A stretch of 64,000 nucleotides of DNA from assembly GCA_951406725.2 (NCBI GenBank), contig OX597816.1:94984001-95048000 (forward strand), written 5' to 3'. The notes under the pieces are model-generated. The model made no database searches and was not told the origin of the DNA. It worked only from the letters and a program-made list of their open reading frames with translations. The stretch comes from Octopus vulgaris (Eukaryota). Positions 26,424-37,919 of the stretch are shown here, piece after piece (within the stretch, counting starts at the first letter, position 1; each line of letters begins with the position of its first letter). The position numbers were made by a program, and so were the translations under genes.

Positions 26424-26522
26424 GGTCCCGGGTTGAGTCGGGGTTAACCACAGTAAATAAGGTTCTAGTCCTGTAGAAGCTCCTTCTATAAAATATATAT
26501 ATATATAATTCTTATATAAAAA

Positions 26523-26682
26523 TGTTGTTGACAGTGACTTCGAAGTATTGGTCAGCTAAGCCAATGTTGAACTGCTCAAACCCACACATCCAAAGATGAT
26601 TTTAACTCAACAGAGACTATATAAAGGCAGAGCTAACTCTAATGCTTAGCTGACTGAATCTTGGAAGTCACTGTCAATAATA
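26523..26682. repeat. Foldback / MITE-like inverted repeat (~39-bp arms)
   Basis: TGTTGTTGACAGTGACTTCGAAG..GTCAGCTAAGC pairs with GCTTAGCTGAC..CTTGGAAGTCACTGTCAATAATA. Confidence 0.8.
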
Positions 26683-27279
26683 TTCTTGTTTCAGAATAGT
26701 AAATTTGTACTCTACAAAGATATAGAATAATCCATCAGATTAATGCAAAATTGTTTTTATTATAACTAAACATAAAAACAAACATTAATGAATTTATAAT
26801 TATTTATTCATATATATATATGTAAATAATATATAATATATATACACACATGCATATATGAGTATAGGACATCACCAATGGTGCAAATAACATAAAATTT
26901 GTAAACAAGGAGAAAAAAAGGGAAAACAGGACAAGTAAACACAGAGAAAGGACCCTTCATCAGTTGTCAGCTGTCTACTTCTTATTTTGTGCATTCAATG
27001 ACAATATGAGTGTTGAAAGACAGTTGCTATCATAAATTCTAAAATAAAATTTAGGATTTATGGAGGGTCAAATTTGGGAACAAAAACATGACAGTGGAGA
27101 TATACAAGGAAACCGAACAAAAACAGTAAAGCGAGTTGCCACATCAAAGTGGCAGCTGAATGTTACTACTAGTTTAATCACAGGCATGTTTAAAAACGGC
27201 AATGCAAGTTAAAAGATGATTGCTGCAGGAATTAACTCTCAATGCAGATACTTACACAAAAGGGACAGTGCTGCAGTGG

Positions 27280-27340
27280 GCTGGATGAACTAACCTTGCA
27301 GGCTGGATCTAGCTTGTGGGCCATAGTTTGGTGACCCCTG
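27280..27340 (-). mobile_element. hAT terminal fragment
   Basis: Minus strand CAGGGGTCACCAAACTATGGCCCACAAGCTAGATCCAGCCTGC, a typical hAT end. Confidence 0.6.
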
Positions 27341-27522
27341 CCCTGTATCAGAACATTTATCATAAGTCTAGTTGGAACAAAAAATGTTTTAATGTATTTG
27401 AACCTTACTGTACTGTATTTGTGCTGTACTGTATTTGACTTTCTAACTGAATCTATCATTCAGTCTCTTTGCATTGTCATCATGAGTCAGAAAGGTAACT
27501 TAAATTGGGTCACTAGACCACT

Positions 27523-27910
27523 CTTTATTCTTTGAATGGTTTTCAGTCGTTGGAGTTAGGGTATGCAGAAGCAACAGTACTTATTTTTAAAGTTTGCTAC
27601 ATATTTCATAAGTTTCTTTTTTTAGTGAATGACTAAATTATGAATATATACACAAACCAACAATAGTTGTCAGGCAGTGAGAGACAGACACAAACACACA
27701 TACAAACGTACACACACACACACACACATACACACACACACGAGTATGTGTGTGAGATCAGTTTCTGTACAGTTTCTATCTCCCCAATTCACTCAAGGTT
27801 TTGGCTGACCCAAAACCATAGAAGAAGATACTTAACCAAAGTGCCAGGCAGTGCAACTGGCTCTGAAACCGCAAGGTTGTAAAGCAAACATCTTAAACAC
27901 ACAGCCATAC
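27523..27910 (-). mobile_element. SINE family B, degraded
   Basis: Reverse head ...CTTAAACACACAGCCATAC, internal (CA)n. Confidence 0.65.
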
Positions 27911-27926
27911 TTAACTAATAATACCA

Positions 27927-28159
27927 ATTTCTTTACTACCCACAAGGAGCTAAACACACTGGGGACAAACAAGGACAGACACACAGATTAAGTTGATTAC
28001 ATCGACTCCAGTGCATAACTGGTACTTATTTAATCGACCCTGAAAGGATGAAAGGCAAAGTTGACCTCGGCAGAATTTGAACTCAGAATGTAGCGGCAGA
28101 CGAAATACCGCAAATCATTTCGCCCAGCATGCTAACGTTTCTGCCAGCTCGCCACCTTA
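27927..28159 (-). mobile_element. SINE family A, full length, 16-bp TSD
   Basis: TTAACTAATAATACCA at 27911-27926 and 28160-28175. Confidence 0.92.
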
Positions 28160-28343
28160 TTAACTAATAATACCAGCCAACTATCTCTCAAATCACATTG
28201 TACTGTCTTAAAGGAAGAAAGGTTACACTACATTTAAACAAAAGGTGCAATGGCCATGAAATACCTATCATTTGTCTGCTCATTCAGAGATGACTTGGAA
28301 CTATATAACAGAAACACTGTTGCTATCATCATTGTTGGTATTG

Positions 28344-28379
<36 letters not shown>

Positions 28380-28555
28380 CCATCGGCATTGTTGTAATCA
28401 TCATTATTGTTCATGTTGGTATCATCATCATCATTGTCTGCAAGAAGTTTGTCCACAATTCTTCTGTGCCATATTGCTTGACAATTTAACAATTTACACT
28501 GTAGTTGATCTACATTAGAGCTCTCTCTGCTTTATTACAATGAGTGAATGCAAAA

Positions 28556-28586
<31 letters not shown>

Positions 28587-30249
28587 CAAAAAACTTCAAT
28601 ATTTTCCCTTTTAATCATGTGTATTTTACCCATTATTTTTCTTAGTATCTTCAATAAAACAAGGAAGAAGGCATCCATCAGAATGTTTTCCATCATAATA
28701 AAAATGATTATCTAGAGAATATAATGAACATTAAACCTCAAACATTCTATACAAGTCATTTCCTGCTTCTGTTCTACGGAAACTATATGATTCAGTATAG
28801 ATTATTATTGCCAATGTATGGGACAAGTGTTTCCATTGAACATGACTACCTTTGATTAATTGCCTCTATTCTGCTTACACACACACATGTGCAAACGAAC
28901 ACATGTATGTATATATATTTATATACACACACACACATTTTTGCATACATGTACACATATTTAATGAAAGCATCTGTAAAAGTTTTTAGAACAACTTGAT
29001 GTTATATTAATAATTTCATTCTTTCAAGAACTGGAAGGCTTTTTATCTTTCTTACCTTTATCAAATGTAACCCTTTTTATCTTCAGTATCTCAGTTTAAA
29101 CCCCTCCTGATTCGATTCTTTCCTAACCAGTTATTTTAAATGGGGCAATATTCCACTGACTTCAGAAATTTTTCATGAGAGGAGATGAAAGTAGAGAAAA
29201 TAAGAAAGATAGGCTATGATTAGACAAAAGAAGAGAAACTATTAAGTGTAAGGAAGCAGAAGATAAGATCATGTTTATTGCATGGAATGAAACTTTATGA
29301 TTATTGAATGTTGTATTCTTTCACATTTTCCCTAGCTTGAGCCATTACTGCAACCGTGTTGGGGTTCCACCTTTAATTGTTTTAGTCGATAACTGACTCA
29401 AGAACCTTGGTGTTTACTCTCTAAATTTTATAAGACAAAGATGTCCTATACATAAAGGGCTGTAATTATGTCAGAACAAATTATCTGGCAATATTTCTTC
29501 TAGGTGCATCAATTTCTTTGAAATATGACAAATTTCCACAGTTTCCAACTGCTGAATTTGATTCAAAGGCATTAAATTATCCAAGGCTAAAGCCGATGGC
29601 ATTTACTCAAATTGCAATACATGGAATGAAGACTGGAATCATATGGTTGTGAAAACTACATAACCAAGGCCACTATGACACAGATGCACATTCACACATA
29701 CACACACCCACATGAAATCAAATATGCATAATAGTTTCTCACACATTTACAAAGCCTCAGCTCTTGGGAAAGAGACAATGCTGCATGATTCTTGAAGCTT
29801 TTCTTAAACCAATAGTTACAGAAGTGAAGTGTAATGACTGCCAATAACATTATAGAAGGGATATAGATTTTTACATTTGAAGATTACATTTACATGGATA
29901 ATCCATAGGAGTTAATTAGAGTTGGAAGATATCTTGCACCTGCTAAGGGTTATTATGACAACCATCACCATTAACATCATCTCCACTACTGCTACTATCA
30001 TTATTTTAATCTGCAATGAAAAACCAAGGGAATTTTTGTGTACTCACTTGAACTGCTAGAAATAGCTACCAAATCAACCTCAAATCACACTTTATCACTT
30101 AAAAAAAGATCAAGTATACATTAGGTAATATAGTTGTAGACACACAAACACATTCTGTCTGAATAAACAACAGAATGGTAACTGCTTGGACAGCTTTGAC
30201 TAAGGTCTGGAGGATTAGGGCTGACCTGAGATTAAATGGTAAGTCATTT

Positions 30250-30985
30250 TTATGTTTGCTTTTAGGTACTGACAAGGGGCTCCCAAATTTTCTATATAGT
30301 AAGCTGCCATTCCTCTCCGTACCAATTGACTCCTACACATAATCTCCTTATTTCTCAATGACCAACAGCTTTGTTATGCTCTCCACACAATTCTGTATTG
30401 CTACACCTTCCATCTCCTGAAAGTATCATTTCCCCCAAAACATATTTACCATGAACCACACCTCCATTCTAGGTCCCCATTCACTACATTCCCCTCTACC
30501 ATCATTTCTAACCATCTGTCACTATCCTCTCACACTCTTACAAGCTTATCCCTTTACCCTTCTTTACCTTCTGATACCTTCTCCTCATCAGCTTCTCTTT
30601 CTTTTCAGCTGCACCCTCCTACTCCTATGTAATGTGGTGAAGCCATTTATCTCTGCTATAGCAAGACAGTTGTCCCTGCTCCTCTATCATACTGTAGCTT
30701 CTCAATACGGGAGGGGGGATACAAACCATCCCCCTCTCTGCTGCATTCTTACTCAGGCTTTTTTGACTTGTGATTTATTTTGTAACCTCACTAATGGAGG
30801 TGCCATGAAAAATACACTCAGTACACTCTGTAAAGTAATTGGCATAAAAAAGAACATTCAATCATAGGAAACTGTCAAAGCAGACACTGGGGTTTGATGC
30901 AGTCCCTAGACTCATTGGATCCTATCAAACCATCTTATTCATGTCAGCATGGGAAAAAATTGTAAATGGTGATGGTGATGATGGT
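30250..30985 (+). mobile_element. Pyrimidine-rich LINE 3'-UTR-like segment ending in a family C-type tail
   Basis: ACACTCAGTACACTCTGTAAAGTAATTGGCAT..AAGAACATTCA..CAGCATGG..(GAT) tail; C/T-rich body similar in character to 41000-41630. Confidence 0.5.
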
Positions 30986-31694
30986 ATTTTCCTCTGCCAC
31001 ATATAGCTTGTGGAAAGTAATGCACAGTAAGAGATGAGTTTAGTTTGCTATGAAGTTTAGATATCTGGTTGAAAGCCATTTCTCACAATTTATTGTGCTA
31101 AAGTCCTCATAAAGGGCACAGCATCAAAACAACCAATGTACCTTCCCATAAAAATATAAAATTTACTTCAGATTCATGAAAGCAATATTGAATAAAAAGG
31201 CAATTAAAATCAAGTTACTGATCAAATAATCAAATTTTCTATAACCATTGAATTAATGTTTGTGTCATGTTACTCCAGTTAATTCGGCATTAACATATCT
31301 TTGATATTTAGGTAGCTAATCAGAGTCACTTGATTGGCAATTGGCTTTGGATGTCACATAGTTATCATGATTTTGTTAGGTGTCATACATGTACAATATA
31401 TGATTCACATTTTCAAAGCAGTAGGAAACTTGATGGAAAAATTTTGGCTCAAGTATTAAGCAAGTCAAGCCCATATCAGATAGCTGTCAATAACTACCAT
31501 TATAAAAGAACATGAAGTTGCAATATGTGGCAGTAAAATTTGATCTCTTATTTGACTTAGAATTCTGTATCATTAATGAATTAATATTAAGTTATATTGA
31601 AATATTTCATTTAGTATTTCATTATTTACTTAGTTTGGTGTGCAATGTAATCTTATACATATATAAAAGCAAATGCATACATATTTATGTGTGG

Positions 31695-31889
31695 ATCATT
31701 GTGTCTACGTTTGTCCTCGCCCCCATTACCACTTGACAACCAGTGTTGGTTTGTTTACAAGCCCATAACTCAGTGGTTTGGCAAAAAACCCCCAAAAGAA
31801 TAAGTACCTGGGTAGAACAATAAGTCCTGGGGTCAATTTGTTTGACTAAAAGATGGTGCTCCAGCATGGCCACAGTTACATGACTGAAA
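31695..31889 (+). mobile_element. SINE family B, 3' part
   Basis: CTTGACAACCAGTGTTGGT...ATAAGTCCTGGGGTC...GGTGCTCCAGCATGGCCACAGT..ATGACTGAAAC. Confidence 0.8.
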
Positions 31890-31959
31890 CACACACACAC
31901 ACACATACTTTAATGTTTTGCTTAGGCTTAGCAAGATTAATAACGTGGTGTAGAATTCA

Positions 31960-32792
31960 ATATACATATGCTTCACAACATAATATTAGATGGACAGGTG
32001 GCATGGACATCAATGGCAAGCAACTATCACACTTCTAATTTGCAGATGACATTGTAGTTATCATTGAAATTACAGACTAACTGCAGACCATGCTTACAGA
32101 ACTGAACACCCAAAGCTTAGCAATAGATCTTAAAATAAACCACATGAAAACAAAATATATGCAGTTGGAGGATGAAGCTCAAGGCTAAACAAAGGTGGGA
32201 AGTGATGAAATCGAGGAGATAAAGGAGTACATCTACTTGGGGCACATAGTAAATGTGCACCAAGTTATGGATGCTGAAATCTCAAAGAGAACAAAGGCAG
32301 GATGGAAGGTGTTTAACTCAATACATGATATGCTCTAAACAAAGCTAGACAATGCCATACATGCCAGTTTCTTCAACAGTGCCATCCTACCTGCACTCTG
32401 AGATGTGGGCTACTACAAAGAGGATAGAAAATTGATTGGCTACAATGCAAAGGGCAATAGAAAGATCCATGCTAGGAATATCATTAAGAGGGCACATTTG
32501 AAATGGAATAATTCAAGAATGGAGTGAAGTGAATAATGTGATCACAGAGTACCAAAATCACAAGTTCTGTTGGGCTGGACATGCCTTAAGGTTCATAGAC
32601 AACAAATGGACCTGTGCAGTTGTATCTAAGAGGTTGGAAAAGGCAACTTGGAAGGCTTGCACAATGATGGGATTTGGTCAAGCAATTAAGGTCAAGATGG
32701 AAAAGAACAGTGTAATCAAATGCATTGTGACCAGCAGTCAATACTGTGACACTGAGATTTGATGGCCTAGTCAATACTGTGATACTGTGATG
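31960..32792 (+). mobile_element. 5'-truncated RTE LINE, RT C-terminal part
   Basis: GMDINGKQLSHF*FADDIVV, EEIKEYIYLG, WAGHALRFIDNKWT; (CTGTGATA)-type tandem tail. Confidence 0.8.
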
Positions 32793-32948
32793 CTAGATGG
32801 GTTGAAACGATTGTAGTGATCAATAAACATTCTCGTATCTTCCATCTTCCATCTTCCATCTCTCTCATTAAACAAATACTCAATGAACATTGTAAAAGTG
32901 ATTGTGCTTTACCAATAAGCTACCAGGTGTATACCATAAGATTTATTA

Positions 32949-33349
32949 TCTAATCTTTATATATAAAAGTGAGGTTGTGTGCTGTCTGTCTCCTACGATT
33001 TAAATTCCTAACTACTCCCACATTTTGCGGTGCAGTTTAACCAAAACCGGGTATCTTATAGTCATGATTCATATCAAGCCCTTCTGGGTATTAGCGCGTG
33101 TCTACGATGAGTCTACGATTTTAAAAATAATTTACCATTAATTTTTCCCATTTTTAATGCATTTTTGGCATATATAAGGGAAGTAACTCTCTAAAAATTT
33201 ATTATTAAATCTCAGAACGTAAAAAGCTACAGTAACACCCCTCCTTTGTGGTTAGCCATATTGAGATGGCTATTATACTTTACATCTCTAAAAATGCTTA
33301 TATAGTTATTTCCCTTACAAACCCGAGCAATGCCGGGCGATACTGCTAG
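32949..33349 (+). mobile_element. Non-autonomous Helitron (401 bp)
   Basis: 5' A|TC TAATCTTTATATATAAAAG; 3' hairpin CCCGAGCAATGCCGGG a few nt before CTAG|T; inserted between A and T, no TSD. Confidence 0.85.
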
Positions 33350-33436
33350 TAATATATATATTAATCAATGAAATTCCAACTTTGTCTGATTTTTATGTTT
33401 TATTATTTGCAATTTTTACAATTTTACAATATTGAA

Positions 33437-33478
33437 ATAAACGAGTACTTTCATGTATTATGTAATCATCAGGTTTAT
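33437..33478 (-). ncRNA. Minimal type I hammerhead motif (left arm)
   Basis: Minus strand AUAAAC-CUGAUGA-UUACAUAAUACAU-GAA-AGUACU-C-GUUUAU; intact core, stem I AUAAAC/GUUUAU, palindromic stem III, stem II eroded. Confidence 0.65.
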
Positions 33479-33538
33479 GTAGTGACAGCTGTGATCCACA
33501 ACTGACAACAGTGATAATTGACACAGAACTGTCACAAC

Positions 33539-33580
33539 ATAAACCTGATAACTGCATAATGCATGAAAGTACTAGTTTAT
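33539..33580 (+). ncRNA. Minimal type I hammerhead motif (right arm)
   Basis: AUAAAC-CUGAUAA-C-UGCA-UAA-UGCA-U-GAA-AGUACU-A-GUUUAU; stem II present, G8 changed to A. Confidence 0.6.
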
Positions 33581-33722
33581 TTCAATATTGTAAAATCGTA
33601 AAAATTGCAAATAATAAAATATGAAAATCAGACCAAGTTGGAATTTCATTGATTAATGTATTGTTCTATACACAACCATACAAATTCATATATATATATA
33701 TATATATATGAAAGATTGAAGT

Positions 33723-33765
33723 CCACCTGAAGATTGTCGATCAAGACAAGAAACGATTGTAGTGG
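33723..33765 (+). ncRNA. Minimal type I hammerhead ribozyme, canonical core
   Basis: CCAC-CUGAAGA-UUGUC(GAUCAA)GACAA-GAA-ACGAUUGU-A-GUGG: all core nucleotides present, stem I CCAC/GUGG, 5-bp stem II, near-palindromic stem III, GUA site (cut after 33761). Confidence 0.85.
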
Positions 33766-34654
33766 CGGTTTTTTTGACTATTTATTAAAATTTTATGTAT
33801 TGATTAAGTCTTTCCTTGTTTGTTTTACAAAATAGTGGTTTTGTCTCTAATAATATTTTATATATATATATATATAGTCATACTGGGTTTTCAGCAAATT
33901 AGAATGAAGACAGAATGGATTAATTACAGTTTTTTTGAATTTACCAAAGATTAAAGATTACTGATGTTCAAACTGTCGAAATAATGTTGTGTAAAACTAC
34001 TAATTAAAAATATAAACAAGATTGTGAATAGTAACATTCACTTATATCAAAGTACAAGGATGAGTAGATGCCATTCATAACAGAGTAGCAATAGAGATTA
34101 CAACTAAATATATATATAAAGTCAATATAAATACAAGAGATATAAGAAAATCAATTGCTATGTAAAATATCTCTGGGGATCGTAGTGGCATACAAAGTTG
34201 ATGCATAGCTCTGGGTTACTATTACTTGCTGATTGGAACAGAACAGTTTTTGGATAGTATACTCATTTATTGAATGCAACATTCCCATAAGATCCATTTC
34301 CTAGAATAAGATGAAGTGGGGTATGCAAAGTTAAATATGATGTTTAGTTTCTTAGTCTATATAAATATTCTGCAGGGAAATATTAACACATTAACATTTC
34401 ACTTTATGGTAATTACATAAATTGGTATAATTATATTCAATCCTTGTTGCAATCATAGGGAGTAGAATGTCAATATTTTGCATTCCATTTGCACTTTAAT
34501 ATTATAGGTTGATACAAGTTTCTATAAATTATCCAAATAAAATTTTGTAACTGTTTGGTTTATTTAAAACTATATTACATTCATTTCTGCTTTGTGTGTG
34601 AGACATGGGGGTTCTACAAGTCTAAGTGGCCATTGTTGGCAATAAATAGAGACC

Positions 34655-34886
34655 TATTTCTTTATTACCCACAAGGGGCTAAACACAGAAGGGACAAACA
34701 AGGACAGACAAAGGTATTAAGTCGATTATATCGACCCCAGTGCGTAACTGGTACTTACTTAATCGACCCCGAAAGGGTGAAAGGCAAAGTCGACTTCGGC
34801 GGAATTTGAACTCACACCATAGCGGCAGATGAAATGCCGCTAAGCATTTCACTTGGCGTGCTAATGTTTCTGCCAGCTCGACACCT
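34655..34886 (-). mobile_element. SINE family A, full length, 12-bp TSD
   Basis: TAAATAGAGACC (34643-34654) and TAAATAGATACC (34887-34898). Confidence 0.9.
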
Positions 34887-35521
34887 TAAATAGATACCAT
34901 CAGCCTCAGTATTCTGCTTTTTTCCCCAGCCCAGCCCAGGCTGCTGTGGTAAGCATCTATCTGTAAAGTAGAAGTGTTCATAATTCAACTAGACTGGGGT
35001 AAGCAGAGTTATCAACCTTCTTCAACACAATGTATGTTGGAAATTTTGAACTGATGAGCAATTGGTCAATCATCCACCACTTCATTTGTTAATACATATT
35101 ATTATCACTGCTGTATAAGACAGTTTAGTAAGAGAATTGTTCAAAAGAATTCAATGAATAAAAATTGCTATCGATGCTATTCTAAAATGTTCCATGTTTT
35201 ATCTATTTATTCATATACACATATATTTTTTTTTGTGTATGTTAAAAACTAGAGTCATATACTTCTTTGTAGTACTGCAGTTGACATTTAGAAAAATCAG
35301 ATGCTCCATCATAAAAAATGTCTGGAGCAAAATAAACGATATAGAAGAAAACTTCAGTATAATTCACAATATACTTGAACATGTCTTCATCCATCAAAGT
35401 GTTCTGTATTGGTCATTAGAGAAATAAAAGAGCAGGAATTCTAGCAATTATTGTCCATTTATAAGACATATAATACAAAATCTTCTCTTCTATAAATGTT
35501 TGGTTTTAATTGGTTCTATGT

Positions 35522-35868
35522 GCAGGCATGGCTGTGCGGTTAAGAGGTTTATTTTGGAACACTATACTTTGAGATCAAACCCAGAAGTTTATTTTGGAAT
35601 AATATGCTTCTGGGTTTGATCCCAAAGCACAACAGCTTGAGCAAATACCTTGTACTAATGCCTTAGTATGATTAATACTTTGTGAATGGAATCAAAACTG
35701 TACAGAAGCCTTTCTTAGAGAGATCCTTCCTTACACACACACATACACACACACACAAATGTGTGTATGTGTGTGTATTTGGTTAGAGCATTCTGAAGTC
35801 AGTGTTATTTAAGTTGTGTTCCGATATAGCTGCAGTCCAATGACTGAAACCAGTAAAATTAGTAAAAG
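35522..35868 (+). mobile_element. SINE family B, degraded, with internal duplication
   Basis: GCAGGCATGGCTGTGCGGTTAAGA head; GCTGCAGTCCAATGACTGAAAC tail. Confidence 0.65.
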
Positions 35869-36202
35869 AAACTGTGAGTCAGGATGGCTGGATGATGAGT
35901 ACCTGACAATCAGTTGAGATATTAGCAGTTTAATAAAACTGTGTTGTATCCATATGTCCATGGTCAAGATTCAACTCTGAAAAGATCAGGATTGCATAGC
36001 TGAAAATAGATCTTACAAAGCAAGAATAAACCAGCCAGTCAGATAGCAGCACTGTCAAACTGACAAATTGTTTGCAAATTATATGTCTGTAGCATATATC
36101 AAATATGGTGTGTGGAGTTTCTACCTTATTTACATTATATGCATTGACATATAATGTAAAGGGAGGATGTGATTACTCTTATTGTCATATATATATATAT
36201 AT

Positions 36203-36389
36203 ACGTAAAAGCACCCACTACACTTTCGGAGTGGTTGGCGTTAGGAAGGGCATTCAGCTGTAGAAACTCTGCCAGATCAGATTGGAGCCTGGTGCAGCCA
36301 TCTGGTTCGCCAGTCCTCACTCAAATCATCCAACCCATGCTAGCATGGAAAGCGGACGTTAAACGATGATGATGATGATGATGATGATG

Positions 36390-36390
<1 letters not shown>
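36203..36390 (+). mobile_element. Retroposon family C, 3' part
   Basis: ACGTAAAAGCACCCACTACAC...GGAAAGCGGACGTTAAAC(GAT)n. Confidence 0.88.
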
Positions 36391-36420
<30 letters not shown>

Positions 36421-37080
36421 TGTATGTATGCATGCATACATGTATTTATGTGTGTGTGCATGTATTAAATCATTGTCCTAGGTTTATATTATGTGGAGAT
36501 AATGATAATGGCTTAAGCAATATGACAATGATCCAATAGATTAACTGGTGAGGAGAAAAAAATATATTAGGGAAGAAAAACTTGTTATGTTGCTGTGTTC
36601 ATGTCTTTCTCACTAGCATTAGCAGAGTAAGTGTAGAGAAATTGCTGCAACTGAAACTGGAAATTCAAGTTAATTTGTTAATTGTGGATTCAACCAACTC
36701 ACAACACTGACTATGTTCTGTTCCCTCAATATTGAGTTCTTACATAAGCATATGAATGCATGGTCAAGAGTAAAGATGATTCTGTAACATTCATGCCTTT
36801 TTAGGAAATGAATATCATAGTATTAATAGATATGATGAATGAAAACTGGATAAGCAGCCTCTCTTCATAGATAGTTTATCTCTAAAATACAACACTTGCA
36901 ATGTTAATTAAGATAAATTGATTTATTATCTTAACTAGAAGAGCTTTGAGATATTTGTCATAATCATGTTATCATTAAGATAATACTCATACCTCCTTAA
37001 CACAATGAAGAGGATAGAGTAGTTTGTATTTCAGTTGATAACTATAAACAGTTAATTATTAATTCTTAACATAACACCCA

Positions 37081-37153
<73 letters not shown>

Positions 37154-37468
37154 CCACACACATTTCCTACATTTAAGAAGTGTTCTGTTCCTGAAAATTT
37201 TAATACAGCATTGAGTTAAGTAATGAAATTTTAATTTTTCTGTCAATTTCCCTGTTATAAATCCTGATGGATTTTACCAAAATAAATAAATGAATAAATG
37301 AATAAAAGACAAAGTAAATAGTGTAACCTCTTTCATGCATGAAAATATTTTTTTTTATTATTCAGTACAGTATGTAAATGTATTTGCCTAAAATGAGCAA
37401 TATTTGCTGAAACAGAATGCCTGGTACTGTGCCATTCTACAACAAACAAGAAGAAAAAAATGTATAAC

Positions 37469-37593
37469 TGGCATGGCTGTGTGGTAAGAAGCTTGCTTCT
37501 CAAACCACACAGTTCTGGATTCAGTGCCATTGAATGGCACCTTAGGTAAATATCTTTTATTATATCCCCAGGCTGACCAAAGCCTTGTGAGTG
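37469..37593 (+). mobile_element. SINE family B, 5' part
   Basis: GGCATGGCTGTGTGGTAAGAAGCTTGCTT..CTGACCAAAGCCTTGTGAGTG. Confidence 0.8.
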
Positions 37594-37919
37594 ACATTAA
37601 CATTTTCACCTGGTGACTCATACGTTTCATGTGCAGTGTGTATGTGTGTACATATATTTTGAGCATACCCCTATATCCCCACCTTATAACCCTCATATAA
37701 ATGCCCTTATGTGTGTCATTTACAGTTGAATATTCAGATATATAATACTTAAACTGACCTAGTTAACCACTCTATTCTCATACCCACTTGTTGGCTTTTG
37801 CTCAAGATGTTAGACGAGGTGGGGGAGACTGGTTCATTGTAATTCACTGAATAAACTCTGTATCAAAGCTCTATGCGAGCTAGCAAGCATTTTTGCAGAT
37901 CTTTGTTTCAGGTGATGAC

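Larger units (their letters stand above)
33359..33660. repeat. 300-bp palindrome (~130-bp arms, ~40-bp spacer), probable inverted Penelope-like pLTR pair
   Basis: 33359-33488 is the reverse complement of 33529-33660 with scattered mismatches; each arm carries an HHR motif. Confidence 0.9.
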
